From: Polymyxa betae A26-41
Lineage: Eukaryota; Protista; Endomyxa: Phytomyxea
Length of the DNA stretch: 64,000 nucleotides
Direction of reading: 5' to 3'
NCBI GenBank assembly: GCA_003693705.1
Contig: RBZT01000125.1
Location: 248,001-312,000 of the forward strand
Under the pieces are notes generated by a model. That model did not search any database. It saw only the letters and a program-made list of their open reading frames with translations, and had not been told where the DNA came from. A program made the translations under genes and the position numbers. Shown piece after piece: positions 30,263-43,249 of the stretch. Numbering within the stretch: position 1 is the first letter of the stretch; each line of letters begins with the position of its first letter.

Positions 30263-31301
30263 TTAGGCCAGCGCGTACGAGGAATAGAATTTTCCACATT
30301 TTGCAGACGACGGGACCCTGAATAGTTCCAGGCGTTGGAAAGGGTTTGAGTTTGGATCCGCATATAGACCCTCAATGTTGCCAGTAACCCGATCAAACAC
30401 GATATAATAAAACCCATCGCTAACATTGTAGTCCACGTCACTGTCAAATTGCAGATCAGCAATCACAATCTTACATTGTTAAGCCACAATCTGACGTTGT
30501 GACATTGACGAAATTGGTTTCTTTCCATCGCATGAAGATATATTGAGACTGTGATAAGAAGTTATTAAGAGCGAGTCGCGAGCGTCTCACTTGCTCGACG
30601 GTACTTTCGCAAGACTGTTCTGCAGAAAATGATTGGAATTTTGTCAACTCATTTAGCTCCGAAGAGAACTCAGAGAGCCTGGTCCAGTGTTCCACTAAAA
30701 ACGGGATGAGGTTGTAATAAACACTTTCAGTGAGTGCATACTATCCGACTTATAAGTGCTGCCCCATTTTCTCGTGATGAAGGAATTATTGATTCCGTCA
30801 ATAATATCCCCTTCCCAGCGACTCAGGACCTGATCTTGTTGCGCTGAAGGAATATCCATCGCCTAAAATGCATACTCATCAAACGAAGCGTGCGCGATTG
30901 TATTCTTTTACCTCCATGGAGCCCGAAATTTTTCCCTTACATAAATCTATATATTCAACTATCTGTTTCAAACAGTTACAAATCAAGATTGGTAAATTTC
31001 GATCATTGTACCACGCGAACTCCCCATGAATGCATCGTTCTGCTGTTGTTATTTACAGTTTGCCGTCCACTATTCAGGCCTAATCAGCGTGGATTCTTGA
31101 AAGCTGACAATCCAACCGAAAATTCGCTCCTGGATGCAGCATGGAGATGAATGTGCCATATCGGCATCTGCCACAGGCGCAAAGGCCAGCTGGTGACGCC
31201 GGATTAGCTCCCGTGGTTACCGATGGAAAGGCTTCCTCTGCTGTCGTCATCACTTTCGAAATGACATTCGAAACTGGAAGAGGAAAGGCCGCATCCTCCA
31301 C
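30263..31301 (-). CDS. GID4: GID4/VID24 substrate receptor of the GID/CTLH ubiquitin ligase; start uncertain
   Basis: LHPGANF, WEGDIID, EHWTRL, YIFMRWKETNFVN, GLT, GFYYIVFDRVTGNIEGLYADPNSNPFQRLEL. Confidence 0.88.
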
Positions 31302-31432
31302 TTAATGTTACATGTTGATGATCACTGATCAGCCTGCTGACAATGCAGAGGAGAGCCACAGCTCTCCACTCTGCTAGTGATCTTTACATGGACTGATAAA
31401 GTGTCGATGATTTTGTTTTATTTCACTTAGAC

Positions 31433-32400
31433 ATGTTCACCAGACCACAGCGGAATCGCGTGAGAAATTACTCGGAATGCTTCATCGAAGGCATCGAGAG
31501 CATCGGTCAAATAGATATGGACCTGAATGAGGTTCGTTTTGTTCAAGCACGAGCATTTGTCTTTGTAATGGAGCGAATGGAGCAGACCATCTAGCCGTTG
31601 CAAAAGCTCAATAATCTACCGACTGGTTAATCACTCATTCGATTAATCAGTGAATCGCATTACAGCAAATAACAAGTATAATATGGACGATAAAGCCTCG
31701 TCCACAGATGAAGGAGGAAATGGACATATAGAGCCTTCTTGGATCGAATTTCCGTCTCGTAGCTCCCAGCGTAGGATACTGACAGTTTGCGATAGGCATT
31801 TCCATATGCCTGATTAATGGCTAGGATGTTAAAATTGTTTTGAATCGGTAAACAATCGACTTACGTGTCAAATGACGATTTAACGCTCGACTTTGCCTTC
31901 CATACTTGTTAGCGTTTATCCTAGTACGCAAGCCTACGCCAACCGGGTAAGAACCGATGCTGTAATGGAAATCGCCAACCTCCGAGGCGCTCCTGAAGGA
32001 TTACTATTGTTCGTGGAACGACTCGTACAAGTTCTTCAGCAACAGCAAATACGGTTGTTTTGTCATGTTTGAGTACATCGATTGTCAGTGAAATACTGTC
32101 AGTGAATTGGAATCATGTTCCTCAGCATAATCCATAAACAAATCACACCTGTTCCGTCGCTGATACTGGCATGAGCATTGCGACAACAATGAGACGCGAT
32201 CTTCAATATCGGCAACAGGACTTTCACCTTTTGCCGAAGCTTCCTATGAATTCCCGAGTTACATTATGCCTTAAGAGAGACAAGTTTCTACATTCAACAA
32301 CAGCAATCCGGTGGCAGACATTCTGCGCTTATGGTAGAGGACGGGTTCAATAATTTGAGGTGGGGTAGTAAGAGCTTCATGGTTCATATTTGCAGCGGAA
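31433..32400 (+). CDS. Possible multi-exon hypothetical gene
   Basis: Several short open frames are bounded by GT/AG sites (e.g. MFTRPQRNRVRNYSECF..., TQAYANRVRTDAVMEIANL...). No family recognised. Confidence 0.3.
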
Positions 32401-32506
32401 GATATTGCAGATTGGTACCGACCAGGTTTTTCATCTCAGATATGATTGTAAAATAATTGCATGCAAAATATTTAATTTTGATTCAAGATTAGTGAAATAA
32501 CTTAAA

Positions 32507-34312
32507 TCACATTATCAAACAAGAGCCGCCGTCCGGGCGGCGGTCTCCTCCTGCAACGGTTTCGACTTCTAACTGATCGATGGCATTGCCTTTAGAGTCA
32601 TACAGCTTCATAGGTTCGGACGTCTAGTAGCAATAATCAGGTTAATACTATGACGATATGCCCATCATTCTCACCAAATCCTCTGGAGTGACTTTGTCCC
32701 ATGATACATGTTGCGTTACCCCGTCTCTTTCTTCTCTTTCTTCCGGCATTCCTTCTCCAATCCATACATGAACCTCTCCGTACGCTGCTAGTTTCAATTC
32801 ACTTGGAAAACGGAACTCGAATGCGCCACTTTTGAGAATGAACCCATCCATAGCCACTGTATCTCCACAAGAATTTTTGACCAGCAAACAATTGTCAAGT
32901 TGTTCGTTGACACCAAGTTGCAAACTGGGACCCTCAGGTGTCCGTTTAGATCTTTTACGCTTGCGACCCGGCGTTTCAAGACCAAGACGATGTTCTTCTT
33001 CAGAAAGAAGTTCCCTATACTTTTCAATAGTAAGGGCAAGTTGAATCTTGATATCCATCAGATCGTCAAAATCACGTTCCAATCGTTGACATTCTTGACG
33101 TAAACGCTCAATCTCTTTGTCTTTGGCGACAATGATATCCGAATGAGTGAAGTTACGTTCTCGATCGAGTTCTTCGGTGAGCTCTTGGATACGTTTCTCT
33201 TGAACCGCTTTGATATCGCAGAAATTCTGCATTTCTTTTTTCATTTGAGTAACTTGATCCGTCAAAGCCGTTTTCAATTCCCGCAATTCGTCTTCACGAC
33301 GTAAAGCCTCGTCTAGAGACTGCCTCAATTCTGTCAGTTTCGGCATGTAATGCGCTTTGAGCTCTTTGGTGACACGGGTCTTTGAACATCGTAAGAACGA
33401 ATGTTAATAGGGAACGAGATTGCAATCACCTTATCGTCATTACACTGTTTGCGATATTCTTCAACGATTTTACTCAATTGAGTAGAGAACCTGGACTATA
33501 TGAGATTGTATGCAAACATATAATGGGATCGTACTCGCTGCGACAATTATCCTCCGTAATCGCGATTTGAGCTTGGAGCTTGTCGATTGTCTCCTTGAGC
33601 TTCTTGATCTCAGTTTCACTCGCACTGCCAGAAATTGTAAAATCCTGTTCAAGACTTTTACATTTAGCCCGCAATGCAGAAGCTTCATGAGAGGATTTGT
33701 CAGCGCCTTCACGAGCTTCTGCAAGCTGCTCTTCAGCCGATCTCCCTGCAGATTCAGCAACTGAAATTGTTCAGGATCGGAAAGAAGCAAATGAAAACCA
33801 GAAAAACCTTTCAAAGCATGAACAGTTTTTCGAAGCTGATCTTGCAGCTTAGAGTTTTGACCGCGTGCTTCTTCAAGCTGGGACTTCAAACCAGAAACTT
33901 GCTGGTTAAGATCGTTCTGGTATTTCTTTTCATCAGTAAGCTGATCCTTAAGGCGAGTTATGACAGCTTCTTGACGTGACACGCGAATCTGAAGCTCCTC
34001 ACGGGCTGATGCATGCTCGTCTCTTTGCTGACGCATCAGGCGAAGCTGCTCCTCATACTTTTTAGTCTATAAAAACTATCAATACTTCAATACCCACAAG
34101 CAATTTAGAATTTCTACATTGGCATGAATAGCCTGACGTGCTTGCTGTTGGATCTTAGCAAGATCTTTTTCAAAAGCCTCGCGACTGGCATCTTTCGCGC
34201 GCTGTTTCAAGATGTATTTCTCCAACCGGGCATTCAGCTCCTCAAGATTCTTTTGTTCGACGTCGCGCTGCAATCGCACGGGCGACTCGCCGACGACATC
34301 CGCTGCCGTCAT
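32507..34312 (-). CDS. Nuclear lamin (intermediate-filament rod, NLS, lamin tail domain, CaaX)
   Basis: Head ESPVRLQRDVEQKNLEELNARLEKYI; rod end FDDLMDIKIQLALTIEKYRELLSEEEHRL; NLS RKRKRSKR; tail-domain-like LLVKN..MDGFILK..FRFP..VHVW; last exon ends GGSCLIM*. Confidence 0.9.
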
Positions 34313-34755
34313 GTCAGAGATGAGAGAACGAGGCCGGACGCTACAACGGATGAATGCCGACGATTTAAGACAGTGACTAAAATTTTTGAACAAAAACGAA
34401 ACGACTCTGACACCGCACTTTTGGGGGTATAGACACACAGAGACGGAAACTCTGGAGGGAACCGCATTTTGCTAAAAACGACATATCAACTGTAGTGAAA
34501 GGCGCCAAAACTCAACTTACCATCAGTGTAGAAAAACCGTTTATGCAGTCTTACTCTACATGCATCAGTTCTTCATCCGATTCAGGCGCTGGCTTTCATT
34601 ACCTATGAGAGGATTTCAGCATATCTATTTATCATTTACCAAGCTGGATGGCTGTTGCTTGCTGGGACCGCTAATCTAGACCATTCATCGTTTCGAAACC
34701 CAATCGATCTGACATCACAGATTGCTTAGATCCTTGCCACTTCTGCAGGCGATGT

Positions 34756-34803
34756 AGGAAGCCTGCTAAAGCAGGAAGCCTGCTCAATGAAGGAAGCCTA
34801 CCT
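34756..34803 (+). repeat. Three AGGAAGCCTRC direct repeats in the lamin/ADA3 divergent intergenic region
   Basis: AGGAAGCCTGCT at 34756 and 34773, and AGGAAGCCTACCT at 34791. Confidence 0.65.
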
Positions 34804-35239
34804 AACTTCTATCAGCTGTTAAACTCTTTCGTAAATCTTAACGAGCCCTCAATTGAACTTCCACTTTAAGTATTTACAGCACAAGCTTAGGTTGAAATCT
34901 TGTCTGCAAACTACAATAAAAACGTTGACCAAATGGTCATTAATCTGAGCGTAGTAATGTCCAGCATTTTTCATGAGAATTTATGTCGTTATTTTGGGAA
35001 CTCACAATTTCCCAAGAGCGATTGTAAAAAGCACTTTTAACTTGAAAGAATAATGCGATATTGAAGAGGTACCCACCATGGAAAAAGTAGAGGATGATAT
35101 GCGACTTGAAGTTCCATAATCAATGACTCGGTCGGGTCGCGCTCCGCCCGCTGTCTGGCATTGACGTTGTCTTCGCCTAGACCGATTTTATCACCATTTT
35201 GTACTCTGGTGAGGTGCTTGCAGGCGTCCTGGGTCTATC

Positions 35240-37027
35240 ATGCCGCTTCTCGATCTGGTTGATGATTCTGGCGATGATGCCGATTCGGCTATGGATGTTG
35301 TTTCCATGTCACAGCAGTTGTCGGAACCTCAATTCCCATCTGCATCAACATCACTGTTCGAACTTCATCACCCCCTTCCTGTTCCCAATCTGGAACGAGC
35401 ATGGCAGGCGCCACTGAACGCTCTGGAGTCTGACAAATTCAGGCTGTATATTGAGGAGTTGACTGCTCTTCAGCGATATGCCAGGGCTAGGGCTGCGAAA
35501 CTTCATAAGTATTTAGTAGAAGTTGCCAATGTAACCAACTTTCCTCTGCAGCTTGGTAATTTGATTTGGTATAATTATACGTAAAGATAATCCGGGTTTA
35601 TAGATAAAAGGTATGAGGAGTGGATGGACGTCCTCAGAAACACAGATGTCACTGTTTTAACTGAAGAAGTCAATATGAGTAATCATATCAATTGTCTAAG
35701 ATTCATGTTTAATTTACCTCAGCGCTAGGCGATGCGAATAATATTCTATCGAATGATGACAGTAATTGAGTATCCTATCGCTTTCTATTTGTATTCAATT
35801 GGATGCTCAGATGCCAGTAAAAGGAAACGAGATGAAAAGCGCAGAAGAGATCGTGACAAAAAGAAGTAAAGCCGAACATATTTTTTTCAATATTGCCTCT
35901 GATCGATATCCTCAGGAAAAAGAAAAAGCGCCCAGGAGAAGACGGAAGCGATGCTGCTGTGAAACCGCCAGATTCGCTATGGACATCAACCACTGATTAT
36001 TTTCGCTTCCCTAATGCCGAGGATTTGGAGTTGGTTACCCCGAAAGTGGGATCAGACAGTTCGCTACCACGAAAATCGCTAATTTTGTTGCACTCAGGTC
36101 GATGACTCGCTTTTTGAAGTGCCTCCTTTGGGCCGGCATTTCCCTGATGAATGGAAGATGATCGATGAGACCAGAATACCTCAGAAAAAGAAAAAGAAGA
36201 GCTATCAAACTATCTCCAGGAGATTCCGTCCGAAATCTGATATCATGGCCGTCACTGATATCAATATCCGCAAAGAGATCATTGAGCTCGACAAGCATTT
36301 AAAATCGCAGAAAAGCCTGCAGCAATTGACTCTGTCACGACGCTGTATCGCGGCGATATTTCCTCTGAAGAAGGATATTCGGATTTCGAATCCACTCGAT
36401 TCAAGTTTATGCCCTATAAATTCAGGTGGACAATCTCCTCGCGCAGCAGCGCCCAACTCTGAAGAACCTGTCCCCCCAATGGACACTGTTCCTGATTTCG
36501 CCGAATCGCCCTTTGCTCTTGCTGATAGGTCTCCTGGTCCTGGTACTCCAAAGCAGGTTCCTATCATCAAATCTTTTTTCGAAGAACGTATTCGAATGGA
36601 GTTGAAGTATATTGGGCTTCTTCCCGCTAACAAGGCCAAATGCGCTGACCTCACGAAACCTGAAAATCGACTCGACGATGAGGTTACCATTTATCTTCGG
36701 CATTTGCAAGAACGACTTAAGAACATCAACGCCATCAACGCTAAGAGATGCGCTGCTATACTCCCTAAGGCATCGATAATGGTTGGCCTTGATCGTCTTC
36801 GCGATAGACTCGTTGCATCAGAGAAGAATCTTGAGCAATTGTACAAAACAATGGATACTTCGAGCTGGGATCCTCAGGCGGCTACTGCTGCAATGGAGGA
36901 GCACGAAAAGATTCTACGCGAATGGAAAAGACAAACTGCAGAATGTGGCAACTGTGGAACGTTTTATGTTGCAAAGCCAGAAGCCTTCTCTGGAACCATC
37001 CAGGTACCCAAAAAAGAAACCATATAG
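35240..37027 (+). CDS. ADA3/NGG1 (TADA3) SAGA complex subunit, multi-exon
   Basis: LWTSTTDYFRFPNAEDL, PPLGRHF, FEERIRMELKYIGLL and DDEVTIYLRHLQERL match conserved Ada3 blocks. Confidence 0.75.
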
Positions 37028-37171
37028 AGGCAGATCACTTGTACAGACATGAATGGGACAATCCAAACCTGAATACCATGCAGTAATGCTGGAAAAGCTA
37101 TTTAGGACTAATTTATAATATAATATTACACTAGGGTAAACAATACAGTGAATAGATTGAACCTGAAAGAG

Positions 37172-38259
37172 TTACGATGAGGATTGCTGGGGATTTGTTG
37201 ACCCATTGGGAATCCACTTCGAAAGAACACTTGTGTTAAATGAACTACATGACGAGCATTTGTGGTAGTAGAAATGGAAGTCAGTCTCTGTTCTGGCCAG
37301 ACAATCATTGCAGAGAAGCTGGGCCCGCATACCCTTGTATTCCGGCGGAATCTCGATGGAATTCACGTAGCTATCAAACATTTCGAAGTGATCCCTTGTG
37401 TCGATAATAGATTTAAGACAAACAGGACATGTGTAGTCGGTAGCAGTATATCTCTTGAAGCAATCCGAATGCATAGCATGACCACACGTCATGAAAATCA
37501 CGGGCTCGACTGAAGTAAACATGAACTCGTGACAGATTGGGCAATTCGATTCCAGTGATCTTTCAATGCATTTGTGGGTATCGAATACGCGCATACTGAT
37601 ACAAGCATTGCAAGCTTGACAGTGTCGAAAGTCCTGCTCAAGCCCTTTCCCTCGTCTACAAAGACCACAATGCTCGCAATGATAGATATCTTTGCTGTCA
37701 TCGTCATCAAAGAATTTGCAATGGTGACAATAGTACTGGGCCAGATTCTGTTCATAGCGATCACAGCTGGAGTTTGAGCAGACAGCCCCGATAGGCATTA
37801 GCGTATTGCAATGCATGCATATCATAGACTGAATGGCATGTCTGTCGATGTTGTGGTCGGATTCCTCGTCATGACAAAGCCTGCAGGTGAAAACCTGCTG
37901 ACAGCACGGCGAAACAATTCTAACCTGTCGAGCATAATGTTTACAGCCTAAGACATCGTCCTTCTGTGAAAAAAACATCAGTAAATAGACTAGCTCCAGT
38001 GAGGGATGACATACATGATAGGATTTCTCTCTAAGGATGTCGACAGAAGAAATACAGCAATCGGCGCCTGTTGATTCATGGGACGGCCCCGTTCTACGAC
38101 CAGTTGCCGATCCCTGAGTGAGCAGCTCCTGCACCAAAATGTTCTTATCTTTGCTGCTCAGCTTCGAGTCGGTCAGGATAGCTCGAATCCTAGCCCGTAA
38201 AGCAGCCTGCTGGTCGATGTCGCTTATGGGCATCGCCGAGCTAGGATCAACGTTATGCA
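37172..38259 (-). CDS. RCHY1: RCHY1/Pirh2-like CHY zinc finger + RING-H2 + zinc ribbon E3 ligase
   Basis: GCKHYAR..PCC..CRLCHDE, YYCHHCKFFDD, CPICHEFMFTS..CGHAMH..C, CPVCLKS, LCNDC, FH...KC..C.SFNT. Confidence 0.93.
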
Positions 38260-39041
38260 TGGAGGGCGAGCTTGGCAACCGGTCTGAATAAATAGGTCCG
38301 GATGGAGACCACTATCAATAGATGTAACGGATAGGATTAGAAAAGGACAATGTCCTTGGGCCTCTCTCTGGCCCTTCGCTCTCTATCAGGTCAGACCATG
38401 CCATAGAGACTGCGTAGACCGGATCAGACTAATTGACTCGGCCTCGACTTTCACAAAGCACAGCCCTGGCCTAAGCAAGAATGGATCCTTTCGACCAATC
38501 CCACTTAGCGAATTGGTATCTGCAAGGTCACGTCCGCTTTAACTACACCACATGTCAATTACTGGACCAATGACCTATAGTCATGTCGCTTGGTTCGATA
38601 CCGGCGTGGATGCCCACTCAAGCGTGAATTAGGGCCATTCTCGTTTCCATAATTTTACCGCCGTATGTACTTTATCTTCACCAGACCGCCATTTGATATT
38701 GCCATTACGTTATCTTTATGCACAATTAAACTTCTTCGGACTGTAAAATCCCGTTCAAGCGGAAAATGCTATTTGCTTGCGTCGAAACTGTTTCTATAAT
38801 GAAGGAACTGTGGATTCCGCCTTGTAGTCTCAGCTAAGTTGATATGGCCAGTGGAAACCTCAATTTTCATAGAGCGTGTGTCCGATCGGAATTCGCAAAA
38901 ATCACGCAGAATTATCGGACTTTTCTCGGAAAATTGCCGGTGACCCGAGGGAAAATTTCCGGCAAATTTGCATTTCGAATCCTGGACTCCAGTTCCGATC
39001 CTGAAAAATTAACAATCAGAGCAAGTTTTAGCACATTCTAG

Positions 39042-39796
39042 ATGTCGAACTTATCTGAGCCGTCTCTGATGCTGTCAGAAACCACTAAGGACATGCAGAA
39101 TCTGCCTAGTCAAAACGATGAATCTAACCTGAAATTTAATGGCAACGAAGGAGTCAAGAACCGAGAAGTCCCAGATATCTCGCCGCCAAATTCCAAGCGC
39201 GCGCGAGTTGTCGTAGATGGAGAAACCCTTCGCATACTCTCCGATAGTTATCGGATTCACTTTGCCGAATTCAGCAAAAACAAGAAGAAAGTGACGCAGC
39301 TTATCCCGAACAAAGTCTGGACAAAGGTAAACCCATCATATTGAAACAAATTCAGAGCTGATGGATGTCTCTTTAGGTCTGGGCCGATTATATTCGATCT
39401 TTGGGCGGGCGAGAGCCGGTGGATGAAAAAGCTCTAAAGGCTCGGTTCCGTTCTGTGTTGATAAGTCGTGAATCAAGAGAACACAAGGAAGGCGACGATA
39501 GCGCGAGTAGCGATGGTGACCCGACAATTGAGGAGATTGCTGTTCTGCATTCGATCGAATCCTATGCTGAGGCCATGTCCACCGCCAGCACCAAACTTGC
39601 TACTGAAATTGAAAAGATGAACACCTTGTTACAACGTCAACAAGCAGAGCTAAGCCTCAGATCGCAAGTCGAATCCATGTACGCAGCTGAGAAGTTGAAG
39701 AACGTCAAAATCAACAACTTGCACATCCTTGGGCAATTAGGCATCATCAGCCGCGAGGAAACTGTGGCAAGAGTTAAAGCTGTCATGAGTGAATAA
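39042..39796 (+). CDS. Hypothetical protein, paralog A (putative Myb/SANT-like helical domain, coiled coil, SHOCT-like tail), 2 exons
   Basis: A phase-0 intron after IPNKVWTK joins ORFs 39042-39344 and 39401-39796. Strong similarity to the adjacent paralog. Confidence 0.7.
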
Positions 39797-40141
39797 ACAC
39801 TTCTGCTTGTTATCATCCCTGCTATTATCAACATGACACAAACTACCGAGCCATCGCTCCGGGTCGTTAGAACAATAGCTACAACGAATCAGTCTTGTCG
39901 CTTGAATCATTATTTGACTACGCTGCTGATGAACGATATGACCAAATTGAATGTGAATCATTATGAAAGAAGACGAGACGCATTGTTGGCGACCCTCTCT
40001 CTCATTCAGCTGATGATCTCATGAACTGAATGACAGAATGAGCAATGCTAACGTTACTGAGAAGAGGCCGCACTTCGCGTCTACCTCAATCATAACTTCG
40101 TAGCCACATCATTCCGCATCATCCGTTTGATGCCCATCACG

Positions 40142-40832
40142 ATGTCGCATGCCTCCCCAGCCGTCTCTCGAACCGTGGATCAGCTAACATCCGAATTCAA
40201 ACAAACCCAGCCAAAACTCGACACGATCAGTGTTGATGATCGACGCCATGACGTCGACTTGTCACAGCCTACGCCGAAGCGGCTGCGTATCGTTGTAGAC
40301 GATCAGACATTGCGGTTCTTGTTTGAACGTTATCGGGTTCACTATGCCGAATTTAGCAAAAGCAAGAACAAGGTAACGCAGTTGATTCCCAATAAAGTCT
40401 GGACGAAGGTACTAAAATTCTGCTTTCCATAGTGTTTATCTCCTTTAAACATTCGTTTAGATCTGGGATGATTATGTCAAATCCGTAAACGGCGATGTAC
40501 AGTATGAAGAAAAGACTTTGAAGCTCCGTCTTCGTGCTTATCTGATGAACGAGACGAAAGACGCCCATGGTGACGATGATCAAAGCACAACTAGCGAGGG
40601 CAGACCTTCCGAAGCCGACGACAAGCCAACAAAGCTATATCTTCAGACTATGACACAAACACTTGTAGACATTTGCAAAACAGTCAAGAAATGGAGTAGC
40701 GAGGCAGAAAAGTACTACAAAGAGGAAACCAAATATGCTCAAATTCGGAATCTGCAGATCCTTGCGCAGATGAAAATGATTTCGGAGGAGGAACTGCACT
40801 CTAGAACCAAAACTATCTTACTCTCTGAATAA
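40142..40832 (+). CDS. Hypothetical protein, paralog B (tandem duplicate of the preceding gene), 2 exons
   Basis: YRVHYAEFSKSKNKVTQLIPNKVWTK, compared with YRIHFAEFSKNKKKVTQLIPNKVWTK in paralog A. Same intron position and a similar tail NL.IL.Q...IS.EE. Confidence 0.7.
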
Positions 40833-40935
40833 AATTTTATCATATATGCTTATAGCTAGAAACCAACCAGTCTGGACGGGAAAAATGTGGATAATTTCAC
40901 AAGATTTCTATTTCAAATTGTAAAGGCCATTTACA

Positions 40936-42093
40936 TTATCTGGATTCAATAATGACATCCGTGACATTGAATTTGATACAGGCGTCTCTTATTGCATCCG
41001 TAACCGCCTTCCGATCAGATTCCGAATCGATTTCGATAATGAAGCTGCCTGTTAGCTTCTCTGGGACATCGATCTGCCAGATCCGAGAATTCACAACGAA
41101 GACGACACCATCAAGGTCATTGATAGCAGCGAGTAAAGAGTCTAATGGAAAATCTAGTGGCGTGCCTTGTAGAAGGATGCGGCCGTTTTCTTTGATTAAC
41201 TTCACAGCAACTGCGACCATCACTGAGAAGATCATGCAACATCCAAGAATATTGATGAAAACAAATGTTCTATGAGAGACCAGTAATTGCATGACCGACG
41301 AAATAATCACGATTGAAGCAGTCGTCAGATCGGTGACAGCGTGCATCAAAGCGCCTACATTTACGTAGATCAGCCAGCAGCGGTTTCACAAAAGCAATCT
41401 TACGACCTTCTGTATTAGCATCGTCTTTCGAGCATTCTTTGTTTCCATGAGAATGACCATGAGAATGACCATGATCGTGGCCATGCCAGTGTAAGATTAA
41501 GACGATAGCGTTAAAACACAACTCAACGAAGCCGACTAGAATCGCCCAACTTGAGAGATCTTTGATGGCAGGATCGGGTTCGTTAACATCGAATAGCTGC
41601 CGAATATTCTCTAATGTGACAAACAGGATGCTTGTCGCAGTAAAACAACCGATGAAGAACCCGCCAAGGACAGTCAGGCGCCGAACTCCAAATGGCAGTA
41701 GCTTCTAGATACTATGATTCAGTATCCAGGACAATAACAATGACAACGACTTCTAACCTGATTCGAAATGCTCTGCCTAGATTTGACGTCGATGATCCAG
41801 GCGGTCAAATAACAAAGTGTATCAGTTAAGGAATGGATGCCTTCAGTAATTAATACAGGTAGATTGCCAATCGATCCAACCAGCAAAAGGAGCAACGAAA
41901 TGCAGCTGCTTCCTATAGTTAAACGAGCTAGAGTTCGACTCGGTAGAGTTTCTAATGGTTTTGCTGGATGGCAAGGCTCGCTCAGTGGAGAAAGCGGTAT
42001 CTTCTCATAATCTTCGATGTCGCTCATTTCTTGCTCCGTTTGGACGGTGATCGCAGCGGTCTGAAGAGCGACCTGACCGCCGAATACAGTCAT
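40936..42093 (-). CDS. Cation diffusion facilitator (ZnT1/Zrc1-like) zinc transporter, multi-exon
   Basis: EGIHSLTD (HxxxD), PFG.RRL, His-rich loop HGHDHGHSHGHSHG, MHAVTD, ILLQGTP. Confidence 0.88.
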
Positions 42094-42681
42094 AACCCGA
42101 GCCGATCAAAACTCGGTCTCATCAACAGGACAGAATTCTCATGATCGTCGTCAGTCGCTGTATCAGAAATAGATTGATTCGAACTTGAGACATCGTCAGA
42201 GACGATAGAAAGAGGCCTCCTGTACCGTTCAACCTTCTCGATTGTCTAAAGAGCAATGCGGCCTCCTCCTCCTACGATCAGATTCGATGGGAAATTCTCT
42301 GAATCTAACCCAAGGATGAATACTTTCAAAACCAAACGCGTCGCTTAGGCGTCGGTAGCGCCCGACTTGGGATTTAGTGACACCTTAGTCCTATGACATT
42401 GCCATTATAGGCGATACAAAAGGCGTGCAAAGACAAACGTTTTTTCTAGTCACTGCCATTTACACGTAGGCAAACTGAATAGGAAGTAAAAGAGAATCTG
42501 TCCAACCGGCAATCGAATCATCAGAAGTTGTCAGGAGAAAGTCGAAGAAGAGAAAATGCGAAGAACATTCCAGAGAGAGAATCCCCTTGTGTGTATAGAT
42601 GGACTTCATAGAGCACAGAGTACTGCTAGTATCGGGTACACTTTGTCACTCCCATCATCATCATTGTCAATCCCTTCCTTC

Positions 42682-43249
42682 ATGGTTCAAGAATCTCTGT
42701 CCGATAAGCCCGTCTCAGCCTTGCGTGATTCGGTCGCCCGCAAAGGCAATAACAGCTACGTAGGTGCCCGTCCTGATAGCATTCCTTTCGGCGGAATTGA
42801 CGCCCATTGCAGTATTACGCCTGGGATAAGCTCGATCTGTCCAAGCAAGACGAATACAAACCGAGATTAATTCGGACGGATGGTGCCGCTGTCGAGAAGC
42901 TCCCGGCTACTATTGATAAATATGCTTGGTCTGATGAAGGAAAAACAGTAAAGTAGCCATGTTCATGCTGATGTATTATCCATCACCGATAATGTTCTGT
43001 AGAGTTTATGTCGATCTGAAAGGAATCGGCCACCATCCACAGGAGAACGTCAAGTCGAACTTCGCTGAGCGATCATTGGTGGTAGACATCCTCGGATTCG
43101 ATGGCGTCGATTATCGCCTCGGCATCGTGAACTTAGATGGCGACGTCGTACCTGACAAATGCCAGACCCAGATCAAGCGTGATATGATCATTGTCGTACT
43201 GCACAAACATAATCCAGATCATAAATGGTTCAGTCTTAGTAAAAAATAA
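42682..43249 (+). CDS. CS-domain (p23/CacyBP-like) co-chaperone, 3 exons
   Basis: RKGNNSY|YYAW, IDKYAWSDEGKTV, VYVDLKGI, F.ERSL, LDGDVVPDKC, W.SL. Confidence 0.75.

Noticed and set aside
38400-38830. Possible degraded transposase upstream of the tandem Myb-like pair
   Set aside because: The frames I read contain multiple stops and show no recognisable DDE motif or terminal inverted repeat.
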